Position numbers and translations under genes: made by a program. Source: Antedon mediterranea (Eukaryota; Animalia; Echinodermata). Taken from it: a DNA stretch of 64,000 nt. This document shows positions 49,926 through 63,823 of the stretch, piece after piece. The DNA lies in contig NC_092670.1 of assembly GCF_964355755.1 (NCBI RefSeq), forward strand, positions 27,266,795 to 27,330,794. The letters run 5' to 3'. A model generated the notes under the pieces. That model was given only the letters and a program-made list of their open reading frames with translations. It had not been told where the DNA came from and did not search any database. The number at the start of each line of letters is the position of its first letter. The stretch's first letter is position 1.

Positions 49926-49959
49926 GTACAGTTATTCTATTGAATTGAATTGAAATATA

Positions 49960-50105
49960 TATTTATACTGGGTAACCTCTTCAGTCAAAGACTGGTCTCC
50001 CAGAGGGCCCAGTTGGTGATCAGTGGCTGTGATAATACACCGGGGTAACCCCCCACTCGTCTCGAAAGATGTACTAGGTTCTTTAAAGTACACACGAGCT
50101 AGATG
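49960..50105 (-). mobile_element. SINE-like fragment
   Basis: Homologous to 23265-23380. Confidence 0.5.
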
Positions 50106-50973
50106 TGTATTCTATTATCGGGTGTAGCACATTAAAATTGAGAGGATAAGATGGACATCATAATTTATTATTAAGGGGCAAAACAGCAAATCCTTACTGA
50201 GGGGACACTCCTATAAAGCGGACATTAAGGGGACGGGGAACGTTTAAGCTCAGTGCCAATGTTCACTCAATATATTTTCCATCACAAAATAACAAAAAAG
50301 ACGAAATTTATATCCATTTATCGTTATTAAATAAAAATGGATATCATGATAATTATGATACTTTGTTTGTCTTGAAAGTTTTCATTGGTGAAACGTTGCC
50401 TGCTACATTTTGAATTTCCGAGTCCAGATCAGTATTGGTATTGGTTTTCTGTGATCTATTCTAACTAATGAAACAATTTTTAGAAAATGATATATCTGAT
50501 AGATATCATCTAAGTGATGTTTTACATATAAGTTATAACGTTTAACTTTTCATTCTCCATACATTCAATTCTTTTAATATAGTTCTTGTATAACACCATA
50601 TCAAGTAGTAGTAGAAATTATTGTAGGGTTTTCTTATTATTCAGTCAATTCAGTGTTTCTATACAGAAAAGAGTAGTCAGTGACCTTAACATCAATTAAT
50701 TGTATAATTTGGACCCAAGGTCGAATAGCAAGAAACTCAGGTCCAGTTACATTGGTGTTCATTGGTCAATAGGAAATGAACAGCACACTTATGGGTGGTG
50801 ACAAAGTTTAGTTATTGATAAATTGTCCTTGGGAAAAACACATTAGTTGGGTTGACCATGGGCTGACAGAGTTAACGACTTCGTAACGCTATCCGGGGCT
50901 CCTGCGCCTAATGCGAAACGAACGCGTTCATCCGTGTCTATTGTGAGGTATATTCAGAGCGTCATCGGATTCA

Positions 50974-51065
50974 GGGACGATTTGGCCCTGAGACGATTCG
51001 GCCCGGGACTATTCGGCCTACTATTGGTGGGACGATTCGGCCCACCTTTGGGCCGAAACATCCCA
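50974..51065. repeat. Cluster of GACGATTCGGCCC repeats, probable DNA-transposon terminus
   Basis: Four direct copies and one inverted copy; no partner end in view. Confidence 0.55.
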
Positions 51066-51357
51066 CTTTGTGGGTAGAAATGTCTCACTTTAGACCAAAT
51101 TCATATTCATTTTTTTTTATTTATCAAGTTTTTAAAGGTGTTTAACAATCCGTATTTTATTGATATTGACAAAGTTGATATAATATATATAATAAATTAC
51201 TAAAAAAACGTAATTTTATATTCAATTTATTACTTCGAAAACCTTGTTTATTTCCAAGCGGCCAACAGAGGGCGTAACTTGTTTACATCGTTCGCGTGAC
51301 TAAAAAATGATTATTTTCGAAAATGTTTGCTTTATTGCATCTTTATCCCTAGTAGTG

Positions 51358-51504
51358 CTACCCCATAGTCTCTCTGAAAATGAAGTTTGTTTCATACTTA
51401 TAAATGCATTTCAAAGCCGATAAATATATTTAAAAAAATATATATATAAAGCATAAAATAAGCTTTTTTCCCCAAACTTTATTTTCAGAGAGACTATGGG
51501 GTAG
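51358..51504. mobile_element. Small MITE-like foldback
   Basis: CTACCCCATAGTCTCTCTGAAAAT(G/A)AAGTTTG inverted arms around an AT-rich spacer. Confidence 0.7.
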
Positions 51505-51979
51505 TACCAAAGACATTTTTGACATTCCATTCTCTAGGAAATCAACACGTGTACCTCTCTCGCAAATGAAATGAACAGCGATGGCCAGGACAAGTTCAAT
51601 AACTGGCGGTGAATAAAAGTAACTGATATGCCGATCAAATAACATGCCGCAAAGAAAAAAAAATTGCGAGGGAATTCTGGAGCGCGTGTGAGAAAGACTT
51701 ACGTCCGACAATCGTAATACTAGGCCTAAAATTAAACTTTAGCTAATATGCTTACCCCTAACCTAGAGGCCTATGCAAAAAATCAATTTTAATATAATAA
51801 TAATTGGTGTAATATTTTAATATTGATACACTATTCCTGTTTTAGTAGGCTAGGCATATTACGACTTTTATTTATTGTTGTCCATGTACGTACTAATAAA
51901 CCTGGCGCTAGTTTCCTTCGCTTGTATTTGTACTCCAAATTTGATAACTAGCTTTATCGTGTGAATACCACACTTTAGA

Positions 51980-54558
51980 AGTAAGCGACAGAGAGATCAG
52001 CGAGAGAGAATTCAGTGCGAGAGAGATAGATCAGCGAGAGAGAGATAGATCAGCGAGAGAGAGATAGATCAGCGAGAGAGAGACAGATCAGCGAGAGAGA
52101 GATAGATCAGCGAGAGAGAGATAGATCAGCGAGAGAGAGATAGATCAGCGAGAGAGAGATAGATCAGCGAGAGAGATAGATCAGCGACAGAGAGATAGAT
52201 CAGCGAGAGACAGATAGATCAGCGAGAGACAGATAGATCAGCGAGAGATACAGATAGATCAGCGAGAGACAGATAGATCAGCGAATGAGAGAGATAAGCG
52301 AGAGATAGAGAGAGATCAGCGATAGAGAGATAAGCGAGAGAGAGAGAAAGATCAGCGAGAGAGAGAGAGATCACCTAGAGAGATCAGCGAGAGAGAGAGA
52401 GAGAGAAAGAGAGGTAAGCGACAGAGAGATCAGCGAGAGATAATTCAGTGCGAGAGAGATAGATCAGCGAGAGAGAGATAGATCAGCGAGAGAGAGATAG
52501 ATCAGCGAGAGAGAGATAGATCAGCGAGAGAGACAGATCAGCGAGAGAGAGATAGATCAGCGAGAGAGAGATAGATCAGCGAGAGAGAGATAGATCAGCG
52601 AGAGACAGATAGATCAGCGAGAGACAGATAGATTAGCGAGAGACAGATAGATCAGCGAGAGATACAGATAGATCAGCGAGAGACAGATAGATCAGCGAAT
52701 GAGACAGATAGATCAGCGAGAGAGACAGATAGATCAGCGAGAGAGAGATAGAGCAGCGAGAGAGAGATAGATCAGCGAGAGAGAGATAGATCAGCGAGAG
52801 AGAGACAGATCAGCGAGAGAGAGATAGATCAGCGAGAGAGAGATAGATCAGCGAGAGAGAGATAGATCAGCGAGAGAGAGATAGATCAGCGAGAGAGAGA
52901 TAGATAGATCAGCGAGAGAGATAGATAGATCAGCGAGAGAGAGATAGATCAGCGAGAGAGATAGATAGATCAGCGAGAGAGAGATAGATCAGCGATAGAG
53001 AGATAGATAGATCAGCGAGAGAGAGATAGATCAGCGAGAGAGAGATAGATAGATCAGCGGGGGAGAGATAGATAGATCAGCGAGAGAGAGAGATAGATAG
53101 ACCAGCAAGAGAGAGATAGATAGATCAGCGAGAGAGAAATAGATAGATCAGCGAGAGAGAGATAGATAGATCAGCGAGAGAGAGAGATAGATAGATCAAC
53201 GAGAGAGAGAGATAGATAGATCAGCGAGAGAGAGATAGATCAGCGAGAGAGAGATAGATAAGCGAGAGAGAGATAGATCAGCGAGAGAGAGATAGATCAG
53301 CGAGAGAGAGAGATGTATCAGCGAGAGAGAGATAGATCAGCGAGAGAGAGATAGATAGATCAGCGAGAGAGAGATAGATCAGCGAGAGAGAGATAGATAG
53401 ATCAGCGACAGAGAGAAAGATAGATCAGCGAGAGAGAGATAGATAGATCAGCGAGAGAGAGATAGATCAGCGAGAGAGATAGATAGATCAGCGAGAGAGA
53501 GAGATGGATCAGCGAGAGAGAGATAGATAGATCAGCGATGGAGATAGATAGATCAGCGAGAGAGAGAGATAGATCAGCGAGAGAGATAGATAGATCAGCG
53601 AGAGAGAGAGATAGATCAGCGAGAGAGAGATAGATAGATCAGCGAGAGAGAGATAGATCATCGAGAGAGTGATAGATAGATCAGCGAGAGAGAGAGATAG
53701 ATCAGCGAGAGAGAGATAGATAGATCAGCGAGAGAGAGATAGATAGACCAGCAAGAGAGAGATAGATAGATCAGCGAGAGAGAGATAGATAGATCAGCGA
53801 GAGAGAGATAGATCAGCGAGAGAGAGATAGATAGATCAGCGAGAGAGAGAGATAGATAGATCAGCCAGAGAGAGATAGATCAGCGAGAGAGAGATAGATC
53901 AGAGAGAGAGAGAGATAGATCAGCGAGAGAGAGATATATCAGCGAGAGAGAGATAGATCAGTGAGAGAGAGATAGATAGATCAGCGAGAGAGAGATAGAT
54001 AGATCAGCGAGAGAGATAGATCAGCGAGAGAGAGAGATAGATAGATCAGTGAGAGAGAGATAGATCAGCGAGAGAGATAGATAGATAAGCGAGAGAGAGA
54101 GATAGATCAGCGAGAGAGAGATAGATAGATCAGCGAGAGAGAGATAGATCAGCGAGAGAGAGATAGATTGATCAGCGAGAGAGAGATAGATCAGCGAGAG
54201 AGAGATAGATAGATCAGCGAGGGAGAGATAGATAGATCAGCGAGAGAGAGATAGATAGATCAGCGAGAGAGAGATAGATAGATCAGCGAGAGGGAGATAG
54301 ATCAGCGAGAGAGAGATAGATAGATCAGCGAGAGAGAGATAGATAGATCAGCGAGAGAGAGATAGATCAGCGAGAGAGAGATAGATAGATCAGCGAGAGA
54401 GAGATAGATAGATCAGCGAGAGACAGATAGATCAGCGAGAGGAGATAGATAGATCAGCGAGAGAGAGATAGATAGACCAGCAAGAGAGAGAGATAGATCA
54501 GCGAGAGAGAGAGATAGATCAGCGAGAGCGAGATAGATCAGCGAGAGAGAGATAGATC
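51980..54558 (+). repeat. GA-rich minisatellite (GAGAGAGAGATAGATCAGC)n
   Basis: Roughly 17-25-bp units varying in GA and GATA number. Confidence 0.98.
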
Positions 54559-57500
54559 ATTGCCATGTGTCATAGCTTTGAACACTATTATCATCCAAGT
54601 GTTTAAGTGCCTGATTGCCATATTCATGTAGTTTTCATAATTGTTTATACCATTCCATAATGTTCTCTAGTTGTTTTGCAATTTTTAGTTCCTTGCCGGA
54701 GTTCTGCTTAACTCACCTTACTTTGACAGTCTTGTTTTTATGCATTGTTAATTTTTCTTTTTTCCAATATTCAGTTTGATCTAATATTTGTTTATTTATT
54801 TATACAGTGTATATTTATTTATATATATTTTATACATATATTTTAAATTATATATTAACTAGTATTTTCACTGAACAGATTTCTCTTTTTATATTTTCAT
54901 TTTTACTTGATGTACAACCTTAACGCAGATGACGGAACATCGTACCACGACCGATTATCAAACATAAACTTCTTCCCCTTGCCCAGCTATTCAGACAACC
55001 GTAACATTAACAGGAACCTTGGCAATTCTACATCTAACATTGATCCCGACTCTAATTTTTTCACCAACAGCAACCACAGTCCCTCTCAATATTATGATCC
55101 TAATGAATTTCCTGTTGACTCACTTTCTGATTGCTTCTCCACTATTCATTTCAACTCTAGAAGCATCCTCAAGCACATTGATGAAATTAAACAACTCCTA
55201 TCATCCATTAATCTGCCTTTCGATATTATTGGAGTAAGTGAAACTTGGCTCAAGTACGATAATCCTTTGGTCCAACTCCCAAATTATAATTTTGTCTCTA
55301 ACCACAGAACCCATAAAGACGGTGGAGGAGTCGCCATGTATATCCTTGATACTCTACAATTCTCCATTAGAAGTGACCTACACCCACACCCTTCCAACTG
55401 CGAATCCATCTTTATTGAAATTAAACGGCCTCATCACAAAAACATTATAGTGGGTACTGTATATAGACCCTCCTCCTCTGACCCAAATCAATTCTTAATT
55501 GAACTTGACATTGTCCTTTCCAATTTAACAAAAGAAAATAAAAATGTTTATATTCTTGGAGACTTTAACATTGACATTCTTAAACATGAATCCGACAATA
55601 CTGCCCGTCAATTCATTAACACACTGTTTAGCAATCACTATCTTCCACTTATCGACAGACCATCCAGAATAACAAATTCCACAGCCTCATTATTAGATAA
55701 TATTATTACAAATCAATTTGATTGTTCTCATATAAGTGGTCTGCTATATAGTGATATCTCTGATCATCTCCCTGTTTTTAATATTTCAAACCTCTCTGAT
55801 AGTTTTGCCACTAGTTCAAACAATGAAGAGATCCCATCTCTCAGACAGATTAACAATACGTCTCTTAACAACTTTTACCATGATGTCTCTAATCAAACTT
55901 GGTTTGATATCCTTAATTCTAATGATCCTGAATTTGCTTATGACCTCTTTGATAACACACTTAAAGCCCTTTATGACCAACACTTCCCGTTACTGAAAAG
56001 GAACAATACAAACAAGAACAAAAAAATTAAATCTTGGATGTCACATGGACTGCTAAAATCAATAAAGTATAAACATAAACTCTATGCAAAATTTCTTCAC
56101 CGCCCTTCTCCTGCCAATGAAATCAAATATAAACGATATCGTAATAAACTTAACTCCACTATCAAAATTGCCAAAAGAATCCACTTTCATGATATTTTCA
56201 CCAAGCAAAAAAATGATATTAAGGCAACCTGGAAATCAATTAACTCTTTATTGAACCATAAAAACCGAAACCAACACAAAGGCAATACCCCTGTCAACTG
56301 TAACGGAGTACCAACTAAAGACCCCGTCATTATTTCTAAAGCATTTAATGATTTTTTTGTCGAAATCGGACCCTCCCTTGCTAACAAAATCCCTCCCAGC
56401 AATGTTTCTTTCAAAGAATTTCTTCCTCAACCAAATCCGAAATCAATGTTCTTAACCCCCGTCCTAGAAGATGATATCATAAGAATTATCTCCTCCTTCG
56501 ATAACAATAAAGCTCCTGGTACTGATGATTTCCATACTAAAGCCATTAAACATGTTATCAACCTTATCTCCCTTCCCTTGTGTCACATTTTTAATCTTGT
56601 CCTCTGCAAAGGTGTTTTTCCGAACAGGTTGAAGCTGGCGCGCGTTACCCCTGTTTACAAATCTGGCCCCAAATCCAACCTTTCTAACTATCGTCCTATC
56701 TCCATCCTGTCAATCTTTTCGAAAGCCTTGGAAAGAATTATCTATGATAGAACATTTTCATTTATCAGCAAACATAACATCCTCTTCAAGAGACAATATG
56801 GCTTTAGAAAAGGACATAACACCTCCATGGCTTTGATCGACCTCACTAACAAAATTATTCATGCATTCGAAAATCGTAAATTTGGAATCGGACTTTTCAT
56901 CGACCTTTCCAAGGCTTTCGACACCATTGATCATAATATTCTTCTTTTTAAATTGTCTCACTATGGAATCCGAGGACCCGCCTTAAACGTTTTCAAAAGC
57001 TATCTCACTAACCGCTCCCAATGTACTAAATATTTTAACTCTATTTCTAATTTTTGCCCTATCACCTGTGGCGTTCCCCAGGGCTCCTTACTTGGCCCGC
57101 TTCTGTTCACCTTTTACATTAATGATATCCACCGAACCTCAAACCTGCTAAATCTTTTTCTATATGCTGATGACACTACAGTTTTTCATGCCAACAAAAA
57201 TATCCAAACTCTTTTTGACACCTTTAATACCAACGTTATCCCCTTGTCCCAGTACTTTATTGCCAACAAACTCTCCCTCAATCATAATAAATGTAGTTAC
57301 ATCCTATTCGAAACCCCGCAGTTGACTAGAGGTATTGATGTGTCCCCACTTAAAGTCGTTATTGATAATCAAGAAATCCCCTCTGTTAAGTATAATAAAT
57401 TTCTTGGCATTATCATCGACAACTCTCTCTCATGGAAACCCCATATCCAAGAAATTGAGAACAAAGTGTCTAAGAACCTTGGGATCATTTCTAGGCTTTC

Positions 57501-58374
57501 TTCCTTCCTCCCAACTAATATTCTCAGGACCCTTTATTGCACACTCATCCTTCCTTATTTGAGCTATGGTAACATTGTCTGGGCCAACACTTACCCTTCA
57601 AACATCATTAAACTCTCTATCCTACAAAAAAAAGCTATCAGGACTATATCTGGCGCTCATCCACTGTCACATTCCTCCCACTTATTCTCCAAACTCAATC
57701 TTCTCAAACTCTCGGACATTAACCTATCCCAGCAAGGTGTCTTTGTTTTTTTGGCCACTCACTCACTTCTACCTTGCCATCTTAACGACATTTTCGCTCC
57801 TAATAATACCGTTCATAAATATTATACTAGAACAAGAAATAACATATATATCCCTAACCATAACACCAATTATTTTCAACATAGCATTAGATATTCTGGA
57901 CCTCTATTGTTTAACAATTTACCCCCCTCAATTTCCTGTGCTGCTAACCGCTATTCATTCAATAATAACATAAAAAATTACCTTTTGTCTCATTACTGAT
58001 CGATCTGTTTGATATGGTCGTTGTTTCCATGTTCCGTGACTTGCTATCTTTATTATTCAATTGTCATCATATTCGCTATTTGCCATGCAGCTGTACTTTT
58101 TTCTGTTCTTTTTTTTATTTTTTATTCCAACTTTTATCTACTGGTTTTATATATATTTTGTATTTCTTTATTGTTTAATTAATTTATTTTCTTTATTTAT
58201 ATATTTTTTTCTTCTCTTAATTTAAATATTTTGTAAAGGCAATCCCGTCACAAGATTGTAATCTTTTTGGGATTTGCCTTCGTCCATTTTCTTGTTTTAT
58301 CACTTGCCATTTTGTTTTTGTTAATTTTGTCTTTTGGACGTGAATAAATGTTCCTTGAATTGAATTGAATTGAA
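54559..58374 (+). mobile_element. CR1/L2-group (Crack-like) LINE lacking ORF1, inserted in the GA satellite
   Basis: Intact ORF2, T-rich 3' UTR, 3' stem-loop, AATAAA and (TTGAA)4 tail; satellite resumes on both sides. Confidence 0.92.
54910..57999 (+). CDS. LINE ORF2: APE endonuclease + reverse transcriptase
   Basis: [27 protein letters not shown] (APE); [28 protein letters not shown] (RT); first ATG at 54910. Confidence 0.97.
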   Translation: MYNLNADDGTSYHDRLSNINFFPLPSYSDNRNINRNLGNSTSNIDPDSNFFTNSNHSPSQYYDPNEFPVDSLSDCFSTIHFNSRSILKHIDEIKQLLSSINLPFDIIGVSETWLKYDNPLVQLPNYNFVSNHRTHKDGGGVAMYILDTLQFSIRSDLHPHPSNCESIFIEIKRPHHKNIIVGTVYRPSSSDPNQFLIELDIVLSNLTKENKNVYILGDFNIDILKHESDNTARQFINTLFSNHYLPLIDRPSRITNSTASLLDNIITNQFDCSHISGLLYSDISDHLPVFNISNLSDSFATSSNNEEIPSLRQINNTSLNNFYHDVSNQTWFDILNSNDPEFAYDLFDNTLKALYDQHFPLLKRNNTNKNKKIKSWMSHGLLKSIKYKHKLYAKFLHRPSPANEIKYKRYRNKLNSTIKIAKRIHFHDIFTKQKNDIKATWKSINSLLNHKNRNQHKGNTPVNCNGVPTKDPVIISKAFNDFFVEIGPSLANKIPPSNVSFKEFLPQPNPKSMFLTPVLEDDIIRIISSFDNNKAPGTDDFHTKAIKHVINLISLPLCHIFNLVLCKGVFPNRLKLARVTPVYKSGPKSNLSNYRPISILSIFSKALERIIYDRTFSFISKHNILFKRQYGFRKGHNTSMALIDLTNKIIHAFENRKFGIGLFIDLSKAFDTIDHNILLFKLSHYGIRGPALNVFKSYLTNRSQCTKYFNSISNFCPITCGVPQGSLLGPLLFTFYINDIHRTSNLLNLFLYADDTTVFHANKNIQTLFDTFNTNVIPLSQYFIANKLSLNHNKCSYILFETPQLTRGIDVSPLKVVIDNQEIPSVKYNKFLGIIIDNSLSWKPHIQEIENKVSKNLGIISRLSSFLPTNILRTLYCTLILPYLSYGNIVWANTYPSNIIKLSILQKKAIRTISGAHPLSHSSHLFSKLNLLKLSDINLSQQGVFVFLATHSLLPCHLNDIFAPNNTVHKYYTRTRNNIYIPNHNTNYFQHSIRYSGPLLFNNLPPSISCAANRYSFNNNIKNYLLSHY

Positions 58375-58377
58375 TAA

Positions 58378-58454
58378 TCAGTGAGAGAGAGAGAGAGAGA
58401 TAGATCAGCGAGAGAGAGATAGATCAGCGAGAGAGATAGATCAGCGAGAGAGAG
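58378..58454 (+). repeat. GA-rich minisatellite remnant 3' of the LINE
   Basis: Same unit as 51980-54558. Confidence 0.95.
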
Positions 58455-61400
58455 TAATATTGGCATTTATGCAAATATATTATGTTAACATCATCTTATA
58501 CAGCCACAGTAACTAGTTATGTCAAAAAATAAAAGGGTTAAAATTTGGCAATTTTTGCGAAATTTCCCCTTTTTAAAATTCGAAAATTATGCTATATTAT
58601 TGCCATTTATGCACATATATTGTGCTAACATCATCTTATAGAGCCATAGAAACTACTTATGTCAAAATATAAAAGGGTCGAAAATGGCAAAAATTTTCCA
58701 ATATTTTAAATTAAATATTTATGCTATAATATTGCCATTTATGGTCATATATTGTGTTAACATCATCTTATAGAGCCATCGTAACTAGTTATGTCAAAAA
58801 ATAAAAGGGTCGAAATTTTGCCAATTATCGAAAATTTCCCTCTGTGGGACCATAGGAATCTTTTCAAAAAATTGCCAAAATTTCCAATTTTAAAAATTCT
58901 ATAATTATGCTATAATATTGCCAGTTATGTAAATATTATATTGTGCTAACATCATCTTATAGAGACATAGTAACTAGTTATGTCAAAAAGTAAAAGGCTT
59001 TAAAAATGAAAATTAAATAATTAAGCTATAATATTGCCATTTATGCAAATATATTGTGCTAACATCATCTTATATAGCCATAGTAACTAGTTATGTCAAA
59101 AAATAAAAGGGTCAAAATTTGGCCATTTTCCGAAAATTTCCGTTCAGGGGACGACAGGAATTTTTTCGAAAAGTAACCAAAATGTCTACCATTTAAAATT
59201 CGAAAATTATGCTATAATATTTCCATTTATGCACATATATTGTGCTAACATCATCTTATACAGCCAGAGTAACTAGTTATGTCAAAAAATAAAAGGGTCG
59301 AAATTTTGCTATTTTTTGAAAAATTTCCTGCGGGGGACCACAAGAATTTTTTCGCAAAATGACCAAAATTTCCACCTTTTAAAATTCAATAATTAGACTA
59401 TAATATTGCCATTTATGCACATATGTTGTGTAGACATCAACTTATAGAGCCATAGTAACTAGTTATGTCAAAAAATAAAAGGTTTGAAATTTCGCCATTT
59501 TTGCGACAATTTCCCTGCGAGGGACCATACGATTTTTTTCGAAAACGACAAAAATTTCCACCTTTTTAAATTCTATAAATAGGCTATAATATTGCCATTT
59601 ATGCACATATATTGTGTTAACATCATCTTATAGAGCCATAGTAACTCGTTATGTCAAAAAACAAGGCCAACAATAATAAGTTGCGTGCTCTCAGAAATAA
59701 ATGAACTTTCAAAAAGTAATGTACTTTAAAACTTTTCTGTACATCAAAACAGTTCAAAAAGTACAGAAAAGCGATAAAACGCAAAGTGATATCGGACCGA
59801 CAGACAGACCAACAGACCGACCGACATAGTGAACTGTAGAGTCGCGTCTACGCGACTAATAAAAGGTTTGAAGTTTGGCCATTTTTGCGAAAATTTCTCT
59901 GCGGGGACCATAGGAATTTTTTTTGAAAAATGGCAAAAATTTCCAATTTTCAAAATTCTATAATTAGGCTAAAATATTGCCATTTATGCACATATATTGT
60001 ATTAACATCATCTTATAGAGCCATAGTAACTAGTTATGTCAAAAAATGAAAGGGTCGAAATTTGGCCATTTTTCGAAAATTTCCCTACGGTGGATCATAT
60101 GAATTTTTTCCGAAAAATGGCAAAATTTTCCACTTTTTCAAATTCAATAATTATGTTATAATATTGCCATTTATGCACATATATTGTGTTGACATCATCT
60201 TATAGAGCCATCGTAACTAGATATGTCAAAAAAATAAAAGAATCGAAAAATGTCGACATTTTCCACTTTTAAAAATTATATAATTATGCTATAATATTGC
60301 CATTTATACATATATATTTTGCTAACATCATCTTATAGAGCCATAGTAAGGAATTATATAAAAAAACAAAAGGCTTGAAATTTGGCCATTTTTCGAAAAT
60401 TTTCATGCGGGGGACTATAGGAATTTTTTTCGAAAAATGAACAAAATTTCCAATTTCTAAAATTTGAAAATTATGCTATAATATTGCCATTTATGCACAT
60501 TGTGTTAAAATCATCTGATAGAGCCATAGTTACTAGTTATGTCAAAAAAATAAAAGGGTCGAAATTTTGCCATTTTTCGAAAAATTTTCTGAGGGGGACC
60601 ATAGGAATTTTTGTGAAAAATGGCAAAAATGTCCACTTTTTAAAATTCGAAAATTATGCTATAATATTGCCATTTATGCAAATATATTATGCTAACATCA
60701 TCTTATAGAGACATAGCAGCTAGTTATGTCAAAAAAATAAAAGAATCGAAAAATTACAACATTTTCCACTTTTTAAAATTAAATAATTATGTTATAATAT
60801 TGCTATTTATGCACATATTATATTGTGTTAACATCATCTTATAGAGCCATAGTAACGAGTTATGTCAAAAAATAAAAGGATCGAAATTTTGCCATTTTTC
60901 GAAAATTTTCCTGCGTGGGACCATAGGATTTTTTTTCGAAAAATTGACAAAATTTCCAATTTCTAAAATTCGAAAATTATGCTATAATATTGTAATTTAT
61001 GCAAATATATTGTGCTAACATCATCTTATAGAGCCATAGTAACGAATTATGTCAAAAAATAAAAGGGTTGAAAGTTGCTCATTTTTCGAAAATTTTCCTG
61101 CGGGGGACCATAGGATTTTTTTCAAAAAATGGACAAAATTTCCAATTTCTAAAATTCGAAAATTATGCTATAATATTGCCATTTATCCAAATATATTGTG
61201 ATAACATCATCTTATAGAGACATAGCAACTAGTTATGTTTAAAAAAAAAGGGGCGAAAAATGGCACCATTTTCCACATTTTAAAATTAAATAAATATGCT
61301 ATAATATTGCCATTTATACAGATATATTTTGCTAACATCATCTTATAGAGCCATAGTAACGAATTATATCAAAAATTAAAAGGGTTGAAATTTGACAATT

Positions 61401-62470
61401 TTTCGAAAATTTTCCTACGGGGGACCATAAGAATTTTTTCGAAAATGAACTAAATTTCCAATTTCTAAAATTCGAAAATTATGCTATAATATTGCAATTT
61501 ATGCAAATATATTGTACTAACATCATCTTATAGAGCCATAGTTAAAAAAATAAAAGGGTCGAAATTTCGCTATTTTTCGAAAATTTTCCTGCGGGGATCA
61601 TAGGAAGTTTTTGGAAAAACAAACAAAAAATAAACAAAATTTCCACCTTTTAAAATTAAATAATTAGGCTATAATTTGAAATTTCACCGTTATTGCGAAA
61701 ATTTACCTCCGGGGACCATAGGAATTTTTTCGAAAAATTGCCAAAATTTCCACTTTTTAAAATTCAAAAATTATGCTATAATATTGCCATTTATGCACAT
61801 ATATTGTGCTAACATCATCTTATAGAGCCATAGTAACTAGTTATGTCAAAAATTAAAAGGGTCTAAATTTGGCCATTTTTCGAAAATTTCCTTGCGGGGG
61901 ACCACTAGATTTTTTTTTCGAAAAATGGCGAAAATTTACACTTTTTTAAATTCGAAAATTATGCTATAATATTGCCATTTATGCAAATATATTGTGCTAA
62001 AATCATCTTATACAGCCAGAGTAACTAGTTATGTCAAAAAATAAAAGGGGCGAAATTTGGATATTTTTCGAAAATTTTCCTGCGGGGGACCATAGGAATT
62101 TTTTCGAAAAATTACAAAAATGTCCACCTTTTAAAACTCAATATAATTAGACTATAATATTGCCATTTATGCACATATTATATTGTGTTAACATCATCTT
62201 ATAGAGCCATAGTAACGAGTTATGTCAAAAAATAAAAGGATCGAAATTTGGCCATTTTTTGAAAATTTTCTTGCAGGGGACCATAGAATTTTTTTCGAAA
62301 AATTGACAAAATTTCCAATTTCTAAAATTCGAAAATTATGCTATAATATTGTAATTTATACAAATATATTGTGTTAACATCATCTTATAGAGACATAGCA
62401 GCTAGTTATGTCAAAAAAATAAAAGGGTCGAAAAATGACCAAAATTCCCACTTTTTAAAATTCAAAAATT
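58455..62470 (+). repeat. ~180-bp satellite with shorter ~120-bp deletion variants
   Basis: AATATTGCCATTTATGCACATATATTGTGCTAACATCATCTTATAGAGCCATAGTAACTAGTTATGTC recurs. Confidence 0.96.
59660..59859 (-). mobile_element. Short Helentron-associated (DINE-1/HINE-like) insertion
   Basis: Interrupts a satellite monomer in its A-run; palindrome AGTCGCGT-ct-ACGCGACT next to (GACC/GACA)n microsatellite; AACAAG at the other end. Confidence 0.7.
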
Positions 62471-63823
62471 AGAGATAGATCAGCGAGAGAGAGATAGATC
62501 AGCGAGAGAGAGATAGATCAGCGAGAGAGAGAGATAGATCAGCGAGAGAGATAGATCAACGAGAGAGAGATAGATCAGCGAGAGAGAGATAGATCAGCGG
62601 GGGAGAGAGAGATAGATCAGCGAGAGAGAGAGATAGATCAGCGAGAGAGAGAGAGATAGATCAGCGAGAGAGAGATAGATCAGCGAGAGAGAGTTAGATA
62701 GATCAGTGAGAGAGAGCTAGACCAGCGAGAGAGAGACAGATCAGCGAGAGAGAGATAGATAGATCAGCGAGAGAGAGATAGATCAGCGAGAGAGATAGAT
62801 CAGCGAGAGAGATAGATCAGCGAGAGAGAGATAGATCAGCGAGAAAGAGATAGATCAGCGAGAGAGAGAGAGATAGATCAGCGAGAGAGAAATAGATAGA
62901 TCAGCGAGAGAGAGAGATAGATCAGCAAGGGAGAGATAGATCAGCGAGAGAGATAGATCAGCGAGAGAGAGGTAGATAGATCAGCGAGAGAGAGATAGTT
63001 CAGGGAGAGAGAGAGATAGATAGATCAGCGAGAGAGAGAGATAGATCAACGAGAGAGAGAGAGATAGATCAGCGAGAGAGAGAGAGAGAGAGAGAGATAG
63101 ATCAGCGAGAGAGAGATAGATCAGCGAGAGAGAGAGATAGAGAGAGAGATAGATCAGCGAGAGAGAGAGAGAGATAGATCAGCGAGAGAGAGATAGATAG
63201 ATCAGCGAGAGAGAGATAGATCAGCGAGAGAGAGATAGATCAGCGAGAAAGAGGTAGATAGATCAGCGAGAGAAAGATAGATCAGCGAGAGAGAGATAGA
63301 TCAGCGAAAGAGAGATAGATCAGCGAGAGAGATAGATCAGCGAGAGAGATAGATAGATCAGCGAGAGAGAGATAGATCAGCGAGAGAGAGATAGATAGAT
63401 TAGCGAGAGAGAGATAGATCAGCGAGAGAGAGATAGATAGATCAGCGAGAGAGAGATAGATCAGCGAGAGAGAGATAGATAGATCAGCGAGAGAGAGATA
63501 GATAGATCAGCGAGAGAGAGATAGATAGATCAGCGAGAGAGAGACAGATAGATCAGCGAGAGAGAGATGGATCAGCGAGAGAGAGAGATAGATCAGCGAA
63601 AGAGAGATAGATAGATCAGCGAGAGTGAGATAGATCAGCGAGAGAGAGATAGATAGATCAGCGAGAGATAGATAGATCAGCGAGAGACAGATAGATCAGC
63701 GAGAGACAGATAGATCAACGAGAGACAGATAGATCAGCGAGAGAGAGATAGATCAGCAAGAGAGAGATAGATCAGCGAGAGAGAGATAGATCAGCGAGAG
63801 AGAGATAGATCTGCGAGAGAGAG
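62471..63823 (+). repeat. GA-rich minisatellite, second large block
   Basis: Same unit and strand as the first block. Confidence 0.98.

Larger units (their letters stand above)
46236..50913. mobile_element. ~4.7-kb segment bounded by perfect 32-bp inverted repeats
   Basis: CATTAGGCGCAGGAGCCCCGGATAGCGTTACG and its exact reverse complement at 50882-50913; no TSD seen. Confidence 0.75.

Noticed and set aside
47230-49948. CRISPR-like array or 166-aa repeat protein (ORF 49448-49948)
   Set aside because: Intervening segments are themselves repeated; the ORF is a chance read-through of a 21-bp satellite.
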